Of a stretch of DNA of 64,000 bases, positions 11,976 through 25,018 are shown one piece after another; the first letter of the stretch is position 1; every line of letters begins with the position of its first letter. The position numbers were made by a program, and so were the translations under genes. The notes under the pieces are model-generated. The model worked only from the letters and a program-made list of their open reading frames with translations, did no database searches and was not told the DNA's origin. Source of the DNA: Centroscyllium fabricii (lineage: Eukaryota). The stretch lies in assembly GCA_051313645.2 (NCBI GenBank), contig JBNRSN020000003.1, positions 10,726,001 through 10,790,000 on the forward strand, in the 5' to 3' direction.

Positions 11976-13799
11976 TATTTAAAAAAAGCTACTGACCAAT
12001 AGACAAGAACTTGAATCACTGTGTTCAGCAGATGTTAGATGGCTTTATACTCCTTTGATCAATTCTTCACCAACACTACCTGGCACCCTACACTTACAGC
12101 CCGCACTCTTAAGATCTCTCAAGCCAATATTTTATTTGGTTTTCCGGCAGGCACTTGTATTTTTGTGACCTTGCACCATCTCCTCTTGCCCCCTCCTATT
12201 TTTGCTACGTATTCTGAAGCCATGGCAGCACATGTCTGAACAAAGCTAATAATTAAATGAAAGGGTTGTAGCTGCTTGCCCAGGGAATTGTTTCTTTAAA
12301 TAATTTGTAATTGTAAGCTGCACCTCAGGTTTTCTTGTAACGGTAAGTCTCTAACTTAGTTTTACTCCCAGAAACTGTGCCAGAATCGGAACACTTTTTA
12401 AATAGCTCTGGTTCTTCGAATATTTCTTTCCCCCAGCACAGTATGTACTTATTAATGACTGTACATTAACTAAATTGGATAGTTCTTATAATTGTTACAC
12501 TTCTTTATTGCTCTACTAAAAGTACTAATTGAGCAACCTGCATTGATCAAAAATTCAATATTGTACAACCCCAACATTAATAGGGTGGGATATGTGTTGG
12601 TGCAGGCTCGATAGTGATCGCGTGATATGGGGAGAGGGCAGGGGCGGGGTACTGGGATTGGATGATCAGCCATGATCTCATTGAATGGCGGTGCAGGCTC
12701 GAAGGGCCTACTCCTGCTCCTAGTTTCTATGTTTCTAATCATTTGTATTGTGAAAATGTGCGTAAATGAGTGGATGATGCATTACAGTACAATTCTAACT
12801 GACTCCGTCACCCCATTTGCTCTGTGCACTACAACAGGAAACTAATCCCCAAAGTGCCGTACCAAGAAGATTACACTTAGGGATCACATTCATTACACTA
12901 ATGGAACATTACTCTTCTAAAAGGTGATATTCCAGCTCTGCGTTAAGGCTTTTTCCTTAGCTTGCTGTTTTACTTTGCCACTAGGTAATTACCACAGACC
13001 CAACAGTAGTGTTTGAATATTAGCATTGCAAAATCATATTTGACGTGACTGGAATCAAGTTTTTTTTCCCCAATTCACAGTAAAATGTTTCAACGAATGG
13101 TGGTGTCAAAAAATAGGGTTAACAAAAAAATACTCTAGTTCCAGAAATTGAGTGAAATTATAGTATGACAAATTGCTAGTAATTTTTATTCTGCAGACTG
13201 GCTAGCTTTCAATAAAAAACTGAAATGACTGGCTGCAGATGTAATGAAGAAATGAAAGCTTAGTGCGGAGGAATTCTGGGTTGGTAATAAAGTGAAAAAG
13301 GTTGGAACACGGAATCCCAAAGCACTGCAGACTTGCATATTTATTTTAAAGCTGTACTGGATTTTGCACTTGAAAAGCAAAGGTTAAGACAGAAACAACA
13401 ATATACAATTGGAGAACATTCAGGTGTAAAAGCAACACTGACAAACCTATTAAGATACTGAACCAGTAGCAAAGGTGTGATGGAAACTGTTTCACAGGTT
13501 TGAAATAGAAGGGCAATGTTGCGACTATAGTGTGCTGTGAAACTGCATTTAATAAATCTGGTAATTTGCAAGTGGCCATGAAAGTTGCCAGACTGTAGTT
13601 AAAAACTCAATTGGTTCACTTATGCCCTGGCAAGCAAGAGACCGGCCACCCTGACCCAGTCTGGATAACATCTTACATGCGACTCCAGTTACAATTATGC
13701 AGCTGACTCTTATTACCCTCTGAAATGGCCAAGTAAGCCAGGTTGAATACCAATTGCTACTATGAAGGCACCCCACCACTGCCATCTCAGGACAACTTT

Positions 13800-15790
13800 T
13801 AAAAAATTCGTTCTTGGGATGCGGGCGTCACTGGCAAGGCCAGCATTTCTTGCCCATCCCCAATTGCCCTCGAGAAGGTGGTGGTGAGCCGCCTTCTTGA
13901 ACCGCTGCAGTCCGTGTGGTGAAGGTGCTCCTAACAGTGCGGTTAGGTAGGGAGTTAAAGGATTTTGACCCGGCGGCAATGAAGGATCGGCGATATATTT
14001 CCAAGTCAGGATGCTGTGTGACTTGGAGGGGACCTTGCAGGGAGTCGCTTACCATAGAAAGTCACCTGGTCCAGATGGCTTGCATCCCAGGCTGCTAAGG
14101 GAATTGAGGGAGGAGATAGCAGAAGGGCTCGCCACAATTTTCCAATCTTCGAGATGCGGGGGAGGTGCCTGAGGATTGGACAGTGGCAAATGTGACACTA
14201 TTGTTCAAGAAAGGGTGGAAGGACAATCCTAGTAACTACAGGCCGGTCAGTTTAACATCAGTGGTGGGTAAAGTTTTAGAAACAATAATCAAGGAAAAAA
14301 TTAATGGGCACTTGGAGAGGTTTAAGCTATTTAAGGAGAGTCAACGCGGATTTGTAAAAGGCAGATCGTGTTTGACTAACCTAACTGAATTTTTTGATGA
14401 AAACAGGGAGGATTGATGAAGGGAATGCAATGAATGTTGTCTACATGGATTTTCGTAAGGCGTTTGACAAAGTATCACATAGAAGGCTGGTTAACAAAGT
14501 TGAGGCTCATAGAATAGGCAGCTTGGATAAGGAATTGGCTTAAGGATAGAAAACAGCAAGTTGTGGTAAATGGCTGTTTTTCAGACTGGAGGGTGGTAGA
14601 CAGTGGTGTTCCGCAAGGGTCAGTGCTCGGGCCACTGCTTTTTCTGATATAAATGACCTGGATATTGGAAGAGAGTAGAATTTCTAACTTTGCCGATGAC
14701 ACCAAACTTGGGGGGGGGGGGGGGGCAAAATGAGGATGACACCAATCGACTGAAACAGGACATAGAAAGGCTAGCAGAATGGGATGATAAGTGGCAGATG
14801 CAATTTAATACAGAGAAATGTGAGGTGATGCATTTTGGCAGAAGAAATAAACTTGCAGGGCTACGGGGATAGAGCAGGGGAATGAGACTGACTGGATCGC
14901 TCTACAGAGAGCTGGCACGGACTCGATGGGCCGAATGGCCTCCTTCTGTGCTGTCATGACTATGACTCTCTAGGTGCTTCTATGTACCTGCTGCTCATGT
15001 CCTTCTAAGTGGAAGAGGTCGCGGGATTTTGAGGTGCTTTCGATGAAGCTTTGGCGAATTGCTGCAGTGCATCTTGTAGATGGTACACACTGCAGCCACA
15101 GTGCGCCGATGATGGAGGGATTTAATGTTTAAGGTGGTGGATGGGGTGCCAATCAAGTGGGCTGCTTTGGCCTGGATGGTGTTGAGCTTCTTGAATGTTG
15201 TTGGAGCGGCACTCATCCAGGCAAGTGGAGAGTATTCCATCGCACTCCTGGTTGTGCCTTGAAGATGGTAAAAAGGCTTTGGCGAGTCAGGTGGTGAGAC
15301 ACTCACCGCAGAATACCCAGCCTCTGCCCTGCTCCTGCAGCCACAGTATGTGTGTGGCTGATCCAATTAAGTTTCTGGTCAATGGTGACCCCCAGGATGT
15401 TGATGGGGGTGGAATTCGGCGATGGTAATGCCGTTGAATGTCAAGTGGCGGTGGTTACACTCTCATGTTGGAGGTAAGTCATTGCCTGGCAATTATGTGG
15501 TACGAATGTTACTTGCCATTTATTAGCCCAAGCCTGAATGTCGTCCAGGTCTTGTTGCATGCTGGCATGGACTGCTCCATTATCTGAGGAGATGCGAATG
15601 GAGCCAAATAGTGTGCAATCATCAGCAAACATCCCCACTTCTGAAATTATGACGGAGGGAAGGTCATTGATGAAGCAGCTGAAGATGGTTGGGCCTAGGA
15701 CACTGCCTTGAGGAACTCCTGCAGCGATGTCCTGGGGCTGAGATGATTAGTCTCTAACAGCCACGAACATCTTCCTTCCAGCTAGGTATG
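13800..15790 (-). mobile_element. Non-CR1 LINE fragment (same family as 5930-8600) split by a plus-strand CR1 at about 14058-14970
   Basis: MFADDCT and MEYSPLAWMSAAPTT on minus strand; PEDW.VANV, NYRPVSLTSVVGK and GFVKGRSCLTNL on plus strand. Confidence 0.8.
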
Positions 15791-16333
15791 ACACAAGCCA
15801 GTGGTGAGTTTTCCCACTGAGGTGGACAATTAAATTTGGCCTTGCCAGTGTTGCCCAGATCCAGAGAACAAATAATGAATTTGAAAGAAAGCAGGAGAAA
15901 GTTCACTGGACATGGGAAGTGAGGAAGTTTGTGCTGATTTAGTGGAGAATGGGCGGAGGCTGGGATTGACACACAATTAGAGCAAAGTAGAATGAACTTT
16001 ACTTGGGACTGTTCAACTCTGACATTGGGTGCCAAGGAATACTCGTTCCTCAGCACCAACACCCCATGATGTAACTTTTTTGGAATTCTTAAAAACGATT
16101 GATAAGTAGGAAACAGTGGATATCTTTCCTGAGGATAACCCAACTAAAGGCTGTCTTGTGACTTAAATTCTTCACTGAACCCAATAAATGAGCATCATTT
16201 GCAAACGTCCAACATTTGCCAATCCCAGATAAGCTACAGATTTTAAAGACTACTTCCTATTCTGCCCTTTTCTTTGTGCTTATGCTCCAAAGGAAAGAAA
16301 TCCAATTACAACTAAGGACTCGGTCACAATAAT

Positions 16334-17088
16334 GGGCCAGAATTTCCGATGAGCGCAGGAGGTTTTTGAGCCGGGTGTTAGCGCACCCGAGCTCCGAATC
16401 GCAGGGAGCTCCGTTTCCAGCTGCTACCTTCAATTTCGATGGCGGCCAACGGGGGGTCGCGAGCTGCTGTGAGCTGGATCGCGTTCGCCTGCGCACCAGG
16501 AGGTGCGCAGTGCACTTCCGAGTTTTTTCCGAGTTTTTTTATCAGGGTAAGTATTGAAGATTTTACACTTAAAAATCATCAGACGTAAGCACCCGTTTTT
16601 AGCAGGTAAGTCTTTATTTTATCGAATTTAAGTATTGTTTTTACAGGTTTTAAAATTTTAAAGACAGGTAAGTATTCTTTTAGGCCAGTTAAAGACTAAA
16701 TTTTTATTCTAAATTTTTATTTTTTCTTTAAAATAGGTAATTTATGTTAGTTAGAGTATTGTTAAAAAAATATGGTGTTTTTTTAATTTAATTTTTGTGT
16801 TTAGATGTGTTTTTGAAGCTCTTCCTTTTCAAAACATACACAGATTTCTCCGTGTAAGTTATGAGTGGAGGATTGCTTCCACTGATTGGCTCCCTGCCGA
16901 TCACGTGGTCCTATGCGATATCTCGCGCTAACTGCGCCGTTGAGTTGCACCAGCAGGTCGCTTAGAACTTTCACCAGCTGTACAACTCGGGAGTTCACAT
17001 CGTAGAATTTCAAAACGGCAAAAGTGCAGGGTAAGTGTAACTTGGAGCCTTGCACTCGCAGGAAAGCTCCAAGGCTAATTTCTGGGCC
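16334..17088. mobile_element. Non-autonomous DNA transposon (PIF/Harbinger-like), copy 2
   Basis: AAT|GGGCCAGAATTT...AATTTCTGGGCC|AAT: short TIRs with 3-bp TSD; inverted homolog of 820-1571. Confidence 0.72.
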
Positions 17089-17527
17089 AATGTTTCATAG
17101 ATTAAGTGGCAGGCAGTGCTTCGGCCCAAGAGCAGGTGTCGAGTTATTTCCCATCTTCTTAATGGGCAGTCAAGGTTGCTGCTCCTTTCTACCAGCTAGC
17201 AACAGTGACAGCAGTCCACACAAATTATTTAGCAGTTTACAGTGGTATCATTTCTTCTTCAGAGCACAAGTTTGTGTAGGATGGAGCAAAACTGATTGTA
17301 TTCAGTATCGAGGTACTATTGTATACCAAAGTTAATAGCATGACTGAGTTTCTGGAAGCTGTGCGCCAAGGATCAACTGGCAATTCTGACTGAAAAGCAG
17401 GGGGGAAAAAGGAGGAACTAAGCTAGGAACTCCAGATCAAATCGCTACATCAATTTTTGGGACCAGGTGAGGGATGGAACAGCCAGTTAAGCACTCGGTG
17501 CTCCCCCGTCAGGTATAGGGTGGGATA

Positions 17528-17920
17528 TAGAAACACAGAAACATAGAAACTAGGAGCAGGAGTAGGCCATTCGGCCCTTCGAGCCTGCTCCGCCATTCAA
17601 TGAGATCATGGCTGATCATCCAAACCCAGTACCTCGCCCCTGCCCTCTCCCCATATCCCTATCGAGCCTCCATCAACACTTATCCCACCCTATCCCCGTA
17701 ACCCCACATATTGAATCCCCCTAACACTAAGGGTCAATTTATCCTGGCCAATCAACCTAACCCGCACATCTTTGGACTGTGGGAGGAAACCGGAGCACCC
17801 GGAGGAAACCCACGCAGACACGGGGAGAATGTGCAAACTCCACACAGATAGGACCCGAGGCTGGATTTGAACCCGGGTCTCCAGTGCTGTGAGACAACAG
17901 TGCTAACCACTGTGCCACCC
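17528..17920 (-). mobile_element. HE1-type V-SINE inserted into an oppositely oriented partial HE1 (about 17510-18070)
   Basis: Near-full reverse-complement SINE; host copy reads TAGGGTGGGATAT | ATGTGTCAGTGCAGG across the insertion. Confidence 0.88.
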
Positions 17921-18132
17921 ATGTGTCAGTGCAGGCTCAACAGGGATATGGGGACGGGGCAAGGACAGGGTGCTGTGTTTGGATGATCAGCCATGATCGC
18001 ATTGAATGGCGGAGCAGGCTCGAAGGGCCGAATGGCCTACTCCTGCTCCTATCTTCTATGTTTCTATGTATACCACAATCAGATGCAGAGTAAAGCTTCC
18101 TCTGCTGTGCCCCAATGTTATTTAATTCCAAC

Positions 18133-18400
18133 ACGATAGCAAAATACTGCGGATGCTGGAAATCTGAAATAACAGAAAACGCTGGAAAAACTTAGCAGGC
18201 CAGGCAGCATCGGTGGAGAGAGAAACAGAGTTGACGTTTCAGGTCGATGACCTTTCTTCAAAACTGGAGAAGCCGGGAGGGGAGATAGATTTTAAAGCTT
18301 GTGGGGGCTGGGGAAAGGGGGAGGCTGGGGGGGGGGTGGCTAAAAGAACAAAGGAAAGATCAGCGACAGGCTGGAAGGCTGGGCAGATAAAAGAACCAAA
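18133..18400 (-). mobile_element. Penelope-like family B 3' end/pLTR
   Basis: GCAAAATACTGCGGATGCTGGAAATC...GTTGACGTTTCAGGTCGATGACCTTTC shared with the GIY-YIG-bearing copies at 37123-39170 and 52720-54010. Confidence 0.75.
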
Positions 18401-19159
18401 CTGAGATCCCTTCGAAGAGAAGAGCAGAACTTCTTCAACCCTGTTGTGCATGTGTGCGAATTTTTCCCATTTCCAACACCAGCCACCCTTATGACCAAGA
18501 GTGGTGATTTGGGTGCCAATTTGAAATGAATTATAGGTAGTTATATGCTGCACACCTTCAACCATTGGGAACCAGGCTAAAATTGACTCAACTCATTTTG
18601 GGCAGAGCCCTGAGCTACATCAAATTCCTAAAAGGTGACTGGCACAGCTAGCCTAACACCGCCCATAAACATCATTTCCACAAGGATGGCTGGTGTGGGA
18701 TATTGAAAAAGTTCACACTGATGTGCTCATGAGGAAATAGTTAAGTCACTTTATTGGGGTAGAAAAGTAGCAACATCCATCTCTCTGTATCTGTGCTACA
18801 TCGTAATTGGGAGTACTCAATATTTACACTGAGCACCAAATATGGAAAAATGGTCCAAAGTCTTGGCACTGATTAGTACAAAAATGTATAAAAAGGTATG
18901 AAGGAAAAGAATGCGTCAAGTCACTTACGGGATATGTAGATCACAGGGCTTGACATAACACTAATGCTTTGATATCGATTACCAACAAGAAATAGGAGCA
19001 ACAAAAACAAAAAGTAGCCCACAGTTTTGATCAATGGCCTTAGTTGGTTTTGTGGGAAACGGCACTTCCCCACTCTTTAAAATCAATAAAACGTCGAAAG
19101 ATTGTGGAGCAAGCTTTAACAGGTCTTGATTCGGTTAAATCCAAACAAGACTAACTCAC

Positions 19160-19275
19160 AAAAAAGGCGCAAAACCGCAAAGCATCATGGGGCTTTTGAC
19201 TGACAGCCCGCAGGACCAATCAGGAAACGGAACTGTTGATCCAACTACCCAATGGGGAAACAGGGGCGGGACCAA
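19160..19275. promoter_or_regulatory. Promoter-like motif cluster (two CCAAT boxes and a GC box)
   Basis: CCAAT at 19216 and 19249, GGGGCGGGAC at 19263-19272 in otherwise AT-rich sequence; function not shown. Confidence 0.3.
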
Positions 19276-20016
19276 CTCTGGAATGTGGATTCCAACATCC
19301 AGGGGAGACCAGAGTGTCTCCCCCTCGTGGCTCTGCTACAGTGTCGAGCTCACAGTAAAAATAAAAATTACATTTTTTAAATCCTGAAGAGTAAAACTAA
19401 AATCCATAAATGGTATTTCCCCATCCCTCATGCAGAAAGAGCTTAACAGTTTCATGCATAAAATGCTCCTCTAAAGAGCTCAGCTCCGTATTGACTGAGG
19501 CCAACAGTGAAATATCTGAAAGCTAGGTACCAGACTGGTTGCTCAGTAAAGCAGCGGATTGTCACATGCTTGCGGCTCATATGACCAAGAGTGGTAATTT
19601 TGGTGCCAATTTGAAATGAAGTGTGTGTAGTTATATGCTGTACACCCTTAACCATTGGGAACCCGGCTTCAACCCACAACTGTGTTCAGTCTTGCCAGTG
19701 CAAACCCAATTTTCACTTGCTGTTATTTCTTCAGTTTGAACAGAACAATCCCTAAACGAGTTTAAGAAACAAAACAATTTAGAGAGGACAAGCCCGCTTT
19801 CTCTGCAGACTAAATAGAGGGATTCAAAATCCTAGGCAAGACAAAACTTATAAAACTAACGTTCATTAAAAAAAGGTCTTCTCATCTCAGGAGTTTGACT
19901 GAAAACATCCAGTGCGCGGAAACTCCTCTGTAGATATAGTTAATGCAGAATTAATTCCAGGAGAGTAAGCAATCTTACAGGCCAGTGCCAAAGAGAAACT
20001 CAGAAGTTCAATATTA

Positions 20017-20648
20017 CAGGTTGAGCACCGGTAATCCGGCACCCGATGGTCCGGCACCTTCAGTGGTTCGGCACGAATTGAAACCGGTGGTCTGCAGTTT
20101 GCGGAGCAGCCGCTCGACGGCGCCACCGTTTCCCGCAAAGGGTGGGCGAGCACTGAAGGTGTCGGGTGTTTGGGTTGCTGCTTTTTTAGGTCCTGCAAGT
20201 GTTCTATCCCCGGGCTCCCTCCCGGGGAGTGTTCTATCCCCGGGCTCCCTCCCGGGGAGTGTTCTGCCCGCGCGCTCCGGGCCCCGGGGAGTGTTCTATC
20301 CCATGGCTCCCTCCCGGGGAGTGCTCTGCCCGCACGCTCCGGAACCCGGGGAGTGTTCTGCCCGCGCGCTCCGGAACCCGGGGAGTGTTCTGCCTGCGCG
20401 TTCTGGGCCCCGGGGCGTGCTCTGCCCGCGCGCTCCGGGCCCTGGGGAGTGTTCTGCCCGCGCGCTCCGGGCCCCGGGGAGTGTTCTGCCTGTGCGCTCC
20501 GGGCCCCGGGGAGTGTTCTGCCCGTGCGCTCCGGGCCCCGGGGAGTGTTCTGCCTGCACGCTCCCCCCAAACCTTCAGTGGTTCGGAATTTTCAATGGTC
20601 CAGCACCGGCCTGGTCCCGAGGGTGCCCGATTACTGGTGCTCAACCTG
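20017..20648. mobile_element. Tc1/mariner-type MITE with internal about 32-bp GC-rich tandem array
   Basis: TA|CAGGTTGAGCACCGGTAATC...GATTACTGGTGCTCAACCTG|TG; unit CCCCGGGGAGTGTTCTGCCCGCGCGCTCCGGG at about 20200-20565. Confidence 0.85.
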
Positions 20649-21192
20649 TGTATAAATAAATTAGGCAATGTTCCTCCTCTGTTCTCTCGCCCCGCTCTCA
20701 CTATTGAAGTGAATGGAAGTGGTACAGATTAACCCCATTAGCTGGACTCCATCTGGGGTAGCTTCGCTATTTTCAGGCTTCAGATGCCAAAATAAGTTCC
20801 TCTTTGGCACGGCTCAGCACAAAAGGAAAGAGGGGGCAGGAACAAAAATGTTGCATACATATTACACAACTCAACACAATATTAAGACGTAGTTATCTTG
20901 TGCCAACTGGTAGCCAAAGCAATAAAAAGCAACCCAAAGTTTGATTAATTACCTCAGGTAGTATTTTTCTAACAGCTGTTTGGTGTCAATGACGTGCCTT
21001 TATAGATACAAACACAGGCAGACAAATAACTGAATCAAAAAGGATTCCTAATCACAGGAGTGCATGCATCGCCGTGGGAGCCCAGCCAGACTGAAGATTC
21101 TTCCAGTAGCACCTAATTAAGACTAGAACACACACACACACACAGTTCACCTTACTCACGGCTGCAGGTACTTTTTTCTGAAGTCTCATTAC

Positions 21193-21297
21193 CTCGGAGT
21201 ATATGTGCTGGAAAGACTACAGGTTGTGACAGAAACACTCTCACAGTCACTGCTGGATATGGAGCTGATGGGGGAATCTTGGATGGGATCTTGAGAA
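21193..21297 (-). CDS. ZFYVE28: ZFYVE28/Lst2 Ser-rich internal exon (105 nt, phase 2-2)
   Basis: ggtttcag|TTCTCAAG...CTCCGAG|gtaatg; open frame SQDPIQDSPISSISSSDCESVSVTTCSLSSTYTP(S) whose phase joins the 10212-10375 exon exactly and continues its Ser-rich composition. Confidence 0.85.
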
Positions 21298-21890
21298 CTG
21301 AAACCACATTAATGAAAACACAAGGTAAGTAAACTTAGAAAGCAACGTTTCACAGCCACAGCAAGACCTAAACCAAAAGAAAAACATATGCAACTGTGCA
21401 AATAACAAATGAAACAAAAGTCTCAGCACAGTAAAGAATACAATCTCAAATCGCAAGAAGATGAACGCATGAGCTTGCAAAGAGTGGACAGTTTTACTGA
21501 TTGATGAAAGTCAAGTCTGCTGCAGTGAAAAGGAACAGTGCAAAACACTCTCTCTTCCAGTGTGCATGAAGGAGAGAAAACCATTAAACTGGTTCTGAAA
21601 TTGGAAACCATGTAAACAGAACAAAAGGTTCTCGGATTTTTCCTGCAGAACAGGTTACTTCAGTGAGTTAGCGTTTCCTTCAGCTGTCCGCAGCAACCTG
21701 TTCAGCTGTCTGCACTTGCATGTGAAACCAATTGAAGAAACCTAGAATTATAGAAGAGCACCTTTTGTCTGAATATCATGTTCTTTAGCTATCCAAAGGT
21801 TTGCGTTGATCAATATAGGGCATGTTAAATGCAAAACATACAAAATTGGCTGATGAGAAAAGACCAGCTGGTCCCATCAAGCCTGCCCCA

Positions 21891-22290
21891 CACCATGAGG
21901 CATAGTGGTTCGCACTGTTGCCTCACAGCACTGGAGACCCGGGTTCAAATCCAGCCTCGGGTGACTATCTGTGTGGAGTTTGCACATTCTCCCCGTGTCT
22001 GCGTGGGTTTCCTCCGGGTGCTCCGGTTTCCTCCCACAGTCCAAAGATGTGCGGGTTAGGTTGATTGGCCAGGATAAATTGACCCTTAGTGTTAGGGGGA
22101 TTGAATATGTGGGGTTACGGGGATAGGGTGGGATATGTGTCGGTGCAGGTTCGATAGGGATCGAGGGATATGGGGACAAGGCAGGGACAGGGTACTGGGT
22201 TTGGATGATCAGCCATGATCTCATTGAATGGCGGAGCAGGCTCGAAGGGCCGAATGGCCTACTCCTGCTCCTATCTTCTATGTTTCTATG
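21891..22290 (+). mobile_element. HE1-type V-SINE
   Basis: Head, V-domain and tail as at 8828. Confidence 0.9.
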
Positions 22291-22567
22291 ACGTGCTGGA
22301 GCATCACAACTAAACACTTCTTTCCTCCAGTTATGTAATCTCCTGGGAGAGGCAAAAAATAAGACCGACCCATGGCCAATAAGGAGAAAAAATACTCTGG
22401 AAAATTCCTCTCCGATCCCTTCAGGCAATCAAAACCAGTCCAGGAGATCACACGGAACAAGCATTATCTATAAAGACACTTACCTTTTACACTGTTATAT
22501 TGTCTATACAAAGCAATATAATTTACCATCCCTTGTCAATTCCCCACCCCTGCCAACTGAACACATG

Positions 22568-23500
22568 AGCATAAGAAATAGGAGCAGGAGTCGGCCATTT
22601 GACCCCTCAAGCCTGCTCTGCCATTCAATAAAATTATGGCTGATCTTCTACCTCAACTCCACTTTCCTGCACTAACACATACCCCTTGATACCCTTAATA
22701 TCCAAAAATCTATCGATCTCTGCCTTGAACATACCCAATGACTGAGCCTCCATGGCCCTCTGGGGTAGAGAATTCCAAAGATTCACCACCCTCTGAGTGA
22801 AGAAATTTCTCCTCATCTCAGTCCTAAATGGCCGACCCCTTATTCTGAGACTGTGACCCCTGGTTCTCCCCAACCAAGGGGAACATCCTCCCTGCATCTA
22901 CCCTGTAAGAATTTTGTATGTTTCAATGAGATCACCTCTCATTCACCAGAGAATATAGGCCTGGTCTACTCAATAGGACAATCCCCCCGATCCCAGGAAC
23001 CAGTCTGGTGAACCTTTGTTGCACTCCCTCTATGGAAAGTATATCCTTCCTTAGGTAAGGAGACCAAAACTGTACACAATACTCCAGGTGTGGTATCTCT
23101 CACCAGGGCCCTATATAATTGCAGCAAGACGTCTTTACTCTTACACTCAAATCCTCTTATAATAAAGTTAAACAAATTAAAATTGAGGTTAGGATCAGAT
23201 CAGCCATGATCTTGTTAAATGGCGGAGCAGGCTCGAGGGGCCGATTGGCCTACTCCTGCTCCTATTTCTTATGTTCTTAAAGGTCAACATACCATTTGCT
23301 TTCCTAATTGCTTGCTGTACCTGCATGTTAACTTTCAGTGATTCGTGTACAAGGACACCCAGGTCCCTCTGAACACCAACATTTCCCAATCTCTCACCAT
23401 TTAAAAAATACTCTGCTTTTCTATTTTTCCTACCAAAGTGGATAACTTCACATTTCTCCACATTATATTCCATTTGCCATGTTCTTGTCCACTCACTTAG
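22568..23500 (-). mobile_element. Degraded CR1 LINE 3' fragment
   Basis: KCEVIHFG, QRDLGVLVH, RTRGHSL and FFTQRVVNLWNSLP peptides. Confidence 0.88.
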
Positions 23501-24729
23501 TGACTGAAATTACTCACTGGGAGCGCCCCGAGAATGCATCTGTAACCCAGATATTTTAGTTCGTTTATCAGAAATTCATAGAAACATAGAAGATAGGAGC
23601 AGGAGTCAGCCATTCAGCCCCTCCTGATCACTGATCAGAGCACATCACTGTGAGCTGGTCAATTTTACAGCAAGAAAGGCAGATTTTGGGTTGGGTGCAG
23701 AAAAGTAAAGTAACTGGCAAAAGAGGGAAGATGTTTTTTTTTTTATTTTTTAAACACAGCAAGTTGTTATGCTCTGGAGTTAATACTGTACCTGAAAGGA
23801 TGGTCGAAGCAGATTCAAAAGTAACTTTCAAAAGGTAATTGAATAAAATCTTGAAGGGGAAAAATGGCCTCCTTCAGTGCTGTATCATTCTACGATTCTA
23901 TGAAAATACAGAAGCTCAATGCCAATAGAAAGATGAATATTAAGACCTAATTCCACTTGTTGGTATTAACTCAGAACTACAAAGCGTGATCAGGTGCAGT
24001 TCAGCAACAGGAACTGGGCTAACATGGCGAGTTCGCAACTTCCACAGGGGCAAGGGCCCAATCCAAGTCCGCGATATTGACCCCGAGCTTCTGGTCACTT
24101 GTTGTTTTAGTTCTCCGCCCCACTCCCACCTCTGTGTCCTCGGCTTCCTGCACTGTTCCAATGAAGTGGAGGTGCCGGTATTGGACTGGGGTGGACAAAT
24201 GCATTAAGTCACACAGCACCAGGTTATAGTCCAACAATTTTATTTGAAATCACAAGCTTTCGGAGCGCTGCTCCTTCCTCAGGTGTAAGAGAAATTCATC
24301 TAAACACAGCATATATACACGAGAGAGCAGTGTAATCTTTCCAACATCACACCTCATACGTTACAGGAAAGGATGCCCTCCGGAGCATGGTACATCAGCG
24401 AGACCATGCAGACACTACGACAACGGATGAACAGACACCGCACAACAATCGCCAGGCAGGAGTGTTCCCTCCCAGTCGGGGAACACTTCAGCAATCAAGG
24501 GCATTCAGCCTCCGATCTTCGGGTAAGCATTCTCCAAGGTGGCCTTCGAGACACACGACAACGCAAAATCGTCGAGCAGAGGCTGATAGCCAAGTTCCGC
24601 ACTCATGAGCACGGTCTCAACCGTGATATTTGCTTCATGTCGCGCTACATGTAACCCCACCTGACGTAGAGTCAGCCAGACTCGAGTCGTCTTTGGCTTG
24701 TTCTCACTACACAAATGTTGCTGCGATCT

Positions 24730-25018
24730 TGTGGTAACCCTTTTATGTCTGTTCTACCACTGTATCATTATGGCTAATAATGGGCTGTGCAGATGTTAGG
24801 CACAGCCCTGTATACTGTGACACTGTTGGGAGCCAGGTCAGCCACACCTCCAACTCCTCCCCCAGGTGAGGCCCGTTATAGGTGAGATCTGACCGAGGCT
24901 CCTTCATTCCTGTACTGAAGTTCGTTCCGGAGGTTAGCTCCATTCTTAGCAATTAAAAGCCTTTAGTTTCGGTAACTACTCGTCGACTCTTTTAATCGAA
25001 GGTATTGACGATACGTCA
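24730..25018 (+). repeat. 5' LTR
   Basis: Matches 29169-29457 except two adjacent substitutions by eye; ATTAAA poly(A) signal at 24952-24957. Confidence 0.97.

Noticed and set aside
19887-20732. Six overlapping ORFs up to 227 aa
   Set aside because: Artefact of the 32-bp array in a MITE
21140-21192. Alternative downstream donor (GTGAGT) for the 105-nt exon
   Set aside because: Use would read an immediate in-frame TAA; no evidence beyond the motif
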